From positions 3,968,001-4,032,000 of the forward strand of contig OU015566.1 in NCBI GenBank assembly GCA_907165135.1: DNA of 64,000 nucleotides, written 5' to 3'. Numbering within the stretch: position 1 is the first letter of the stretch; every line of letters starts with the position of its first letter. Shown here piece after piece: positions 25,148 to 34,500 of this stretch. A model generated the notes under the pieces. That model was given only the letters and a program-made list of their open reading frames with translations. It was not told where the DNA came from and searched no databases. The position numbers and the translations under genes are program-made. The stretch is from Oikopleura dioica (taxonomy: Eukaryota; Animalia; Chordata).

Positions 25148-25835
25148 TTAAACTGAGCAATTTTGTCTGTAATTGTAGAAAGCTTTGATTTTTCGCGCTC
25201 TTCGGACAACCTGGCGATGAGTTTTGCCCCGACCGATGCAGGCCCAGTTCCGGGCGAAGCTAGAAAGGGCAGAGTTGATTTGGCTGTTGAGTTTGCAGAA
25301 GTCAGTGTCGCTGAAGACTTTCACATCTAAAAAGAGTTTGTTGAAAAAAATTTTTCAATTTTCCAATAACCTTCTTCCTCATCTTTTGCGCCGTAGCCAT
25401 TGATGGTGTGGCAGTTGTCTCCAGTCATAGAGTCTTTGGCAAGCGAGATGACTTTGTTGAGCCGATTGGTGTATCGTTGCTTGAACTGATTTGATTCAAC
25501 TGGAATCGAATCGATGAGGGTCTAAAAATAGAAATTTTAAAATTGAATTGTCTAAAAAATGGTCGGAATTTTCAAAAATCCTGGAAAAAAATCGTGAAAA
25601 TCTCCATTTTTGCAAAGAAATTTTGAAGAAAAAATCATATTTTTCAAAATTAAGGATCTCAAAATCAAAAAAATTTGAAAAAAAAAAACTGTCCGAAAAT
25701 TGAAATTCTTGATCTTGCCCTCATATTCTCTTTTCTTACCAGGACATGAGCTTCAATCTTTGCAATTCTGTCGTTGGGGTTTCCGTCTTGCTGGGCAGCG
25801 GCAAATCCGAGAAAAGCGAGGGAGAAAACTTTCAT
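25148..25835 (-). CDS. 141-aa secreted protein of unknown function (3 exons)
   Basis: Exons 25835-25740, 25521-25371 and 25326-25148 join in frame with GT-AG: MKVFSLAFLGFAAAQQDGNPNDR...DFCKLNSQINSALSSFARNWACIGRG...RKIKAFYNYRQNCSV*. Confidence 0.85.
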
Positions 25836-26026
25836 TTTTTTATTTGAAAAAGTGTTGTTGGATAACCTTAACTCTACTTTGTGAAGAAGAGTTATTGGAT
25901 TTTTGTGATGCTTTGGTCAGCTTTCGCGCGCTTTTTATAGCCCGGGATACTGATAAGAAAATGCGCGCAACAGCGCCACAGGAGACGAGAATATTGTTGG
26001 TTGGCGATTTATTTGTGCAGACAAAA

Positions 26027-27736
26027 TTACAGTTCTTCTTTTTGAGGAGCTTCGGCTTTTGCTCTTTCCCGCTCGATAGCGAGTTCCATCAGTCGTTCTT
26101 GTTCTTTGATCATGTTTTCGTAGTCGCGTTGTTTTTCCTTTTTTCGGCGGTCGTTTATTTCTTTCTGAAAAGCAAAAATTTCATTTTTTTTATATATATG
26201 ACTAAAATTTACAAAAAATTTTTTTATAAAATCATAAAAAAAAATATTTATTTTTGAATTTATTTTTTGAATATTTTTTTGAGATTTTTACGTGATTCAC
26301 ATTTAAATTTTTTCATCAATCAAGTTTTTGGTTATTACCTCGAAGGATTTGTACTCCTCCAAAATTTCCTTGGTCTTTGGCTGCTGCTTGACTTTCGATG
26401 GATTTCGGAACCTGTTACACTCGGCGTTCTTGCCTCGAAAACAGAACATGTCGTCAAGATCGGATGTTATTGGCTCCTCCGAGCTGTCCGCTGTGACGTC
26501 CTTCCAGAAACGATACAGCTCTTCTTCGCCGTGAGTTTCGACCAACTCCATGCACATTTTTGAAAATCGCGTTGGCCAAAGCTGACTAAAAAAAAGCAAA
26601 AAAATCATCAAAAATCAAACTGCACTATTTTACCTTGTTGCTGTCACTTCTCCGCGAATGTCCCAAGTTTCGAAACCCGGGCCGGTGAGTCGCCATTCGT
26701 CAAGAATAGGTTTTCCGTCTGTCTAAGAAAATTACAGCTAATTTCTTCGAAGTCGACTTACTTTGCTAAGTCCCAGGGCAGTTTGAGTGAGACCAACTCT
26801 TTCCCAATTTTTGACCTTACAAAATTCTTCCAATCTTTTTTCAGGATTTCTAGCTTTTCTTAGGCGATGGCGTCAGGAACCGACAAAAAAATTCGACGAA
26901 TTTCGCGTGGGCGGCTACTCGGTTGCTGATTGGCTGGTTGGCTAAATCTAGGCTTCTGATTGGTTTAAATTTGTCGAAATCTTTGTCGGTTCCTCCGCTT
27001 TATTTGGGATAAAAATGACCCCTTTTTATCCTTTCAAAAATGAGAAATCCTTGCCCGTCGTATAGAATATCTTCAGAAAGCTTTCTGGAATACCGAGAAT
27101 AAACCTCTTCCAGGCGCCAGAACTCCCGACCAAGATACAGAGCAATCAAACGACAAGCATCACATCGGTGACTTTTCATCATCACGGGCATATTCGCCAA
27201 GTCCGTAGTATCGTCAAGAAGCGCAAGATCCTGGCCAAGCTCAAAGTCTTTCCGGTGGTCTTCGAAAATAATCTTGAGTTCTTCAGGTGTCGCCTTGAGC
27301 ATGAAGTTTTTCTGCGCTTCTTTTTCCATTTTCGTTTGTTTGATTGTTTTCATATTGTAATTCAAGGCGTTTTTTGTTGGGTCTTCCTCGTTTGGGATGA
27401 ATTCGCGGGCCATGTTTCCGAAGTCGAATCGTTCCTCTTGAAAATGGCTCAAAAATCACTTTTTTCGGGCAGAACGAAAAAATGGAAGTGATTTTCTGAA
27501 TCAGGGTTTTGATTAGCCGGTAGGCAAAATACAGCAATCTTATTGGTTATTCAAAAACTCACTTCCATTTTTTTGTTTTGTCCGTTTTTTTTCATCAAAA
27601 AAAAATTTTAGTCGAATATTTTTTCTTTTTTTTTTTATTTTTTCTTCAATTTTAAGCCCTGCTCTGGTGGAATAAAACTGTCTTCATCATCTCTTTGCGC
27701 AGAAACAATAAAAGGAAGAAGCTTCAAAACTTTCAT
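26027..27736 (-). CDS. MZB1: MZB1/pERp1-like ER-lumenal saposin-fold chaperone (canopy-related)
   Basis: Signal peptide; HRCDACRLIA, WRLTGPGF, LWPTRFSKMC and HGEEELY parallel the MZB1 motifs LRCDACRAVA, RLTGPGL, WPTRLSRTC and GEDQIY (recalled, not searched); ends QKEEL* (ER retention). Two GC-AG introns. Confidence 0.8.
26842..27053. mobile_element. Inverted-repeat element filling MZB1 intron 2, with an internal CCAAT/GC-box module
   Basis: Ends CAGGATTTCT / AGAAATCCTTG; inner GGAACCGACAAAA...TTTGTCGGTTCC arms. Confidence 0.65.
27443..27661. mobile_element. Degenerate hAT-like MITE coextensive with MZB1 intron 1
   Basis: Minus-strand start CAGGGCTTAAAATT; other end AATGGCTCAAAAAT (10/14 match); flanks CTCTTGAA / CTCTGGTG (5/8); internal segment shared with 60205-60395. 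Confidence 0.55.
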
Positions 27737-28669
27737 TTTTTCCTTGTTCTTAAAATTTTTAAAATTTGACGTGAGTAATGTTTTCCTCCGGTTTTCGGCG
27801 ATTGACCGGGAGTTGAAGCACCGGTCAGTGCTGCGTCATATCAACTCAGGCAATTTTTTTTCCATGATAATTTTTTTAATGAATTGACAATCGACAATTG
27901 AACTCATTAATTTTATCTTGTTTGATTGAAAAGTGTTTGTTTATGTAGATTTTTCTCGTTTATCAAGGCCGGTCCGGACGCCGTTTAACTGGAACTCTTA
28001 TCGTTCCAGTAAAGAGCTTTATTTCCGTAAGCGGTTGATAAGATAGCTTCCGTCGGACCATTTTTATCGCCCTCTGTAGTTCACGCGAAAATATGTTTAC
28101 GCAGAATTTTTCTTTTGAACTTCGGTTTTCAAGCTATAGTATTTCGATTAGCAATAATTTTTGAAATTCAGCTTTAGTTATCAGAATGTTAACTCTTTGG
28201 GCGCGAGCCTGCCCCTATGCATTGGCAAACGCGTGGCGCTTTGAAACATAGTGAAAAAGTAGTGGTAGAATCAAAATAGTTTAGGCTATTTATAGATGCA
28301 AATTTTATCTTTTATCTCCGTCGGAAATATCTGTAAATAGCCACTGAAGATTGACCAAAAAACAGGAAGGCGGCGCGCGCTCTCCCTCTGCTTCCCCTTT
28401 TTGAAGGGAAAAGCGCGTGGATAACGACTATTTTGGCCGAGTCAGACTTTTTCTTTTTCATTTTAGAGCAAGTTATTGTAGCAAATTTAATACTTACGCT
28501 AGCCCAAAGGGTTAGAAAAGCGTAGAAATCGCTAAATACAGCGCTAAAGAGTCAGCGTTATACGCAATTAGCGCAGCTGCGGGGTCTTTCTTGAGAAAAA
28601 AAGCGCGATCTGGAGATGCACAAACGCGCTTTTGCCGGGAAGGGTGCTCCTGTGGCACTGTCGGGAGCT

Positions 28670-28873
28670 GTGACATTTGTCCTACACAAGCCGAGAGGCG
28701 CCCCACCACACAACGCATGACCAAGCTACTAGCCTTAGGGTTAGGTTAGGGTTAGGGTTAGGTTAGGGTTAGGTCAGGTTAGGGTTAGGTTAGGGTGTAG
28801 TAGCTTGCTGCAGCGCGGTGTGGTAGCGCGCCCCTCGGATAATCCGAGTCGGATTGTGTAGGACAAATGTCAC
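28670..28873. mobile_element. 204-bp palindromic MITE with a telomeric-repeat core, nested in the element above
   Basis: TIR GTGACATTTGTCCTACACAA / TTGTGTAGGACAAATGTCAC, arms extending about 60 bp; GCT direct repeat on both sides. Confidence 0.85.
28735..28795 (+). repeat. Interstitial telomere-like array mixing TTAGGG and TTAGG
   Basis: 11 units: 6x TTAGGG, 4x TTAGG, 1x TCAGG. Confidence 0.95.
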
Positions 28874-29964
28874 GCTACTCGGCACTGTCTCTCTTGTGGC
28901 ACTTTCTCTCCCGTGGCACTTGCGCCCGCTGTGGTATACCACTGGAGAGACGGTGCCATAAGAGAGACATTTTCAACTATCAGATTCTCGAAATGATAAT
29001 TTTAGGGAGCCAACCGACCTATCTCCATGTGCGCGCCTCGCTGTTTTCCATAAGATAACTTTTTTCGATTTACATGAATTTTTGGGTGGACGATTTCAAT
29101 AGACGATTGAGTTATGTAACAATGTAACAGTTACAAAAGTTCTGTATCCTTGATATCAAGAATCCAAATTTTTGGAAAAAACTCACCGTTAGTACGAGAT
29201 ATGATTAGTTGACGAAATGACAATGAAAGGTCAAGGAAAGTTTCGTCCACGTAGAAAAATAACTTTTAATCAGAAAAAGTTCTAACGGCAAAGATAGAAA
29301 CTAAAAACTGCGGGCCACGCGCGTGGAGCTTGACCGGCGGATTCCTTAGGAAGACTATCATTTTGAAAATCTGATAGGTTCGCTTTTGAAAATGTCTCTC
29401 TTGTGGCACTGTCTCTCCTGTGGTATGCCACAACAGGCGCAAGTGCCACAGGAGAGACAGTGCCACAGGAGGCAAATATGACGAAAGTGCCACAAGAGCA
29501 CCCTTTCCGCTTTTGCCGGCATTGACGCTTCTTGACCTTGCCGCTGCGCAAATCGCGCATAATTTGGGCTCTTAAGCGCTATATCTAGCGATTTCTGCGA
29601 TTTTTAGGCAAAATTGCGAAGTTTTGTTCAGATTTCGATTATTCAATCAGAAAAACTGTATCTCTTTATCTCTAAGATTTAATTGAAATCATAATCTAAC
29701 TATTACAATTCTTAACCAAATTTAAATTTCATCACCAAAGAGCTTTTTGAATGCGGGGTATTCTATCTCCAAAATCACGCAAAAACAATTCCTATGTCAT
29801 AAAAATTTTCGTATTGATCAAATACCAGCTATTCTACTTTTACGCGGAAAACGCGTTTACATTTACTCATCTTTGGCTTGACCTATTTGTAACATCCGAT
29901 TTGACGGTATTCTTATGTTATAATTAGACGTCCTTCACAAAATTCAAAAACTCGAAATATCAAA

Positions 29965-31389
29965 ATGATTCCAGTGTATCTTTTTCTGTCCTGGCAGCCG
30001 AGTTTCGGTGTAAATTTAACTACTGGAATCAAACAAAGCAATCAAGAGAAGATTTTTGCAGAGAAGGAAAAGCAAGAGAGCGCGCTTTTGCACGATACAA
30101 ATGACGAGAGAATTGAATTGACCAAACTGGCTTTAAACACCCATCGTCAGAAAATTTTGAGTCCGATCGGATGTGAGGATGAATGCCGAGCTATTTTCAA
30201 AGAATGTCGACTCGCTTGTGGAAGTACTTACTGTCACGCTATGTGCGACGTAGAATTCAAATGTAGGATTCTTTATGAAATTCATTTTTATTCTTACAAA
30301 TAAAGACTGCTCCGAGGAATGTTCGACTCAAACAACGACAACAACGGGTTCGACAACAATGACTATTTCTGAAAATATTCAGGTTTTCATCAGCCCGACA
30401 TTTATATACATAATTAATTTTTAAGCACATTCTAGTCATGGGGATGAGCTTGGACGCAGCATTCTTGTTTTCCTCCGATGGATCGATAATTACGGCAGCA
30501 AATATCAGTGCACCCTTAGACGACTATGTTGAAACCGCTCCACATGCTCTCATTAAAGGCGAGCTGTTTATATTTGGCGGCAACTCGGATAAACGGAAGG
30601 TATTGTGATTTTTTAATTCGACATAAATTTTTGAAGATTGCGATGCTCCAAGGCTGTGAATGGAGAGAGCAATCCGCAAGACTGATCCATAAAATGAATC
30701 ATTTGTCTGCTGCACTTGCAATCGAAAACGGTGATCAAGCGTTGATTTGCTTTCCTGCCGAATTGGAGCCGAAATACTGTGAAGTTTACGATACAATAAC
30801 ATCTGTTTCGACTCATTCCTCCAATTATTTTCATAATCATGGAAAGCTTGGCTTTTACAAGGGCCTGCCAACAACTGTGGGAAATGGTGGCACTACTTGG
30901 AAAAGTAATAATGTAGAGACTATGAGGTCGACTGGTTGGTCAAATTTAGAAGATTTTCCAAGGTATAAATAGTGAAAACTTCTCGTTATTTATCGACTCT
31001 TAGTAAGACGATAGCTGATCATGTTCTGATTGGCCTTCCAAGCGGGAGTCTTTTGCTTGCTGGGGGAAGAATATACGACTATGGTTCGATTGACCAGTTA
31101 GGAATCTGGCTTCTTCAAGATGATGTCTGGAATCAAATCGGAAATTTGCAAAACGTAAGCTTGAGAAATAATTGAGGTCAAATTTTGATTCAAGGCTCAA
31201 AAATATGGATCGGTGATAATGATTCATAATTCAATTTTCATCGTTGACGGCACTCATGATGCTTCTTCGATTGAACGTCTCGACTTCGAGGGAGATGAGC
31301 TAATCAATCATAACGTCATCGGAAAAACGATTCCAAGTATGATCCCTGTTCTTTTAGAATCGTCTTCTGGTTTCTGTGCACCGATTTAA
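29965..31389 (+). CDS. Secreted kelch-like beta-propeller protein with a Cys-rich N-terminal helical domain and Thr-rich linker (5-6 exons)
   Basis: CEDECRAIFKECRLACGSTYCHAMC...; kelch-type motifs ELFIFGGNSD, LLLAGGRIY, WNQIGNLQN, WSNLEDFP; GT-AG exon chain ending GFCAPI*. Confidence 0.75.
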
Positions 31390-31502
31390 AAGTAAAAAAA
31401 ATACAAAATTTTAAACATTGATCATGCACTTTGATTTATTCAAGGTGAAAGAATGACTGTACAAATGAGAAATATATGCATTTTGAATTTATTGGAAAAA
31501 GA

Positions 31503-34500
31503 TTATGGTTGGTAAGGTTCCGGCTTGACGCAAGGAAGTCTCATTTCGATCCTCTTGTTAGCCAAAACGACTCCGCAGTCTTCCGGTCGACAAGCGCACT
31601 CGTGGTAGCCGTCTTGGTTGAAGCAGTCTTGGATTTCGTCGCAAGCATGGTTGCCAGTGGCGCACTCGTCAATATCGATACAAGCTTGAGTTTCCTCCAC
31701 GTATTCGTATCCGCAGGGGCACACACAGACAAAGGTTCCGTAGAGGTTGCAACAAGCGATGTCGGCGCCACAGATGTCAGGATCGACGTCGCACTCGTTT
31801 ATGTCATCGCAGGTGTCGACACCGTCACCTAATATAAAGAATAGAAGAGAGTTTTTTTGCAAAATTTTCAGTTTAAATCGAGCTTACCTTCAAATCCATC
31901 GTTGCAAACGCAGTCAGCAGACAACATTTGTCCGAGAGCATTTTCAACTGTCTCACAGCTTGCTTCATCGTGGCAATCGCAAGGAATCTTCTCGCATTCG
32001 CCGAGAATATTTCGCTGGTACTTGTCTTTGCAGTAGCATTCTCCTTGGCGGCAGACTTCGTTTGGTCCGCAAATCGGGTCGCAGTACGGGTAGCATTCGC
32101 CGGTGAGGTAATCCTTGTAGTAGCCAGGTTTGCACTTGCACTCGCGGAAGAAGCAAGCCTGATTGCTGCCGCACTCCTCCTCGCAGCACTCGCCTTGGTA
32201 GCCCGTTCCGAAGAATGGGTCCACACAGCCGTCGCAGATGTAGCTTCCATCCGTGTTGACGCAGATTCCGTTGACATCGCAGTTGTGAGTTTCGTCCAAA
32301 CACTCGTCAATGTCCTCGCATTCCAAGGGATCAGAGTTTTCAACAGCGTAGTAGCCGGGTTTGCAAACACATTCGCCGTCCACATTTCGCTGCTTTTCTG
32401 GACAGATCTTTTCGCAATCCTTTCCGTTGCCTTCGTAGCCTTCTTTGCAGAAACAGTCGAAGCTGCCTTCAGTGTTTCTACAGATGGCATTTTCATGGCA
32501 GTCGTCCAGCTCGTCACCGCACTCGTCTGTATCGCAACAAGTTTCGCCAGTTCCGTAGTAGCCTGTTTTGCACTCGCATTCGAAAGGAATTCCATCCACT
32601 GAAGGATTTTTGTCGATGCATTTGGCGTTGTTACTGCACATATTTTCCTATTCAGAGTTGAAAATTTTGCCAGAGAAACGCGGAAATCGCTAGATAAGGC
32701 GCTAAAGAGTGAGCGTTATGCGCGATGCGCGCAGCGGCATTTTCTATCTAGAAAAAAATATGCACATTCTGAATCTGAAGAACCTTGCTTTTGCCGGCAT
32801 TGGCGCTTCTAGACCCCGCCGCTGCGCTAATTGCGCATAAAAACGGGCTCTCCAGCCCTTTATCTAGCGATTTCTTCGCTTTCAGACTTTTGCTTTCAAA
32901 ATTTCCAACTCTGTTCCTGTTCGCATTCGTTGACATTCCCACAGGAAATCTGCCCATTTGAGAGCTGAACCGGTGCAGATCCAGAAGCACAGAGGCACTG
33001 GTAGCTTCCTTGGAGATTTTTGCATTCCATGTTGTCAGAGCAGCCGATTGTCAGGCACTCATTTACATCGACGCAAACATCGTTGATGAGTTCGTATCCA
33101 TCAGCGCAGGTGCAAATGCCTTCCGGACCAGTTCCGTCGAGAATGCAAGTTTCGCCGTCAAGACAAGAAGGCTCGCAGATTGCTACTGATGGCTGGCATT
33201 CTGTGAAGCCATTTCCTTCCGTTCCTGGTGGGCATTTGCACTCGTAAAGCTCGTTGTTCGTATTCGTAATGTCGTCACAGATCGCGCTTGGGTCGCAAAG
33301 GTCAATGACGCCACATGCTGGGTCTTTGGTGCATTCGACTCCAGTGCCAGAATAGCCAGTATCGCAAGTGCAGACAAAGCTTCCTTCCAAGTTCTGACAG
33401 ATCGCATTTTCATCACAATTGTGGATCTTCTTCGCGCACTCGTCGTAGTCTTCACAGACATCGTTGATATTGACGTACCCATCAGGGCAATTACAGACGT
33501 AACCGCCGAAATAATTATGGCAGACAAAAAGGTCGCCACAGACAGATTCGAGACACTCGTTGACATCTTCGCAGACTCCGTTGTTGTCGACAAATCCGCT
33601 AGCGCATTTGCACACGAACTCGTCGATCGTTTCTTCATATACGCAGACTTCAGATGGCTCACAAACAACTGGACAGGTAGCCACAACGGTCTTGGCATAG
33701 CAGAAGTAGCCATCACCGTCGTATCCTGGGGGACAAGCGCAAGAGTACTCTCCATCGAGGTTGGTACACTCAGCGAGATCGTGACATAGATGGATATTTT
33801 CGGTACATTCATCGACATCCTCACAGATTCCTGTATCAGCGTTTCTAGCGTAGCCATCTGGGCAGACGCAGATGTATGTTCCTGGAATATTGACGCACTC
33901 ATCCTCAGTGAGCCAACAATCGTGCTGATCAGTGGCACATTCGTTGATGTCGAAACACTCGATCATTGGATCGCCGGCCGTATAGCCTTCTTTGCAATGG
34001 CAACTGGTGTCACCGACGCATTCAGCATTGATGCCGCAGATTGGGCATTGTGGAATGCAACAAGTTCCATCACCAGTGTATCCAGGTGGACAAGTGCAGG
34101 TAAAAGAGCCGCCAGTATTCAAGCAAATAGCGACTGGGTCACAAGGGGAGTAGGAACATTCGTTGACATCGATGCAAGCTCCATCAACGTCTACGTATCC
34201 CTCGGGACATTTGCACATGTGGCTACCGGATAAATTGATGCATTCAGCAAGAACACCGCAAACGAAAGGAGTATCACACTCGTCGATGTCTTCACATTCG
34301 CCAGTAACTGCATTTCTCGTGTAGCCGCTGATACACTCGCATCGAGTAGTAGCAGTTGACTTGCCATTTGGAAGCGAGATAAAGTCCATCACGCAGACTT
34401 CAGTTGGAGAGCAAGCTGGGCATTCTGGAAGACAGTCGAAACCATTACCAATGTAGCCATTGGTACAGCGACATTCGAAGGATCCTTCGGTATCGAAGCA

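Larger units (their letters stand above)
28500..29615. mobile_element. ~1.1-kb non-autonomous element with long inverted arms and GTGGCAC subterminal repeats; larger relative of the 32653-32913 MITE
   Basis: The left arm (GAAATCGCTA...CTTTTGCCGG...CTGTGGCAC repeats) is the reverse complement of 29330-29610; terminal ~90 bp are similar to the 32670-32885 element. Exact ends are uncertain. Confidence 0.8.
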
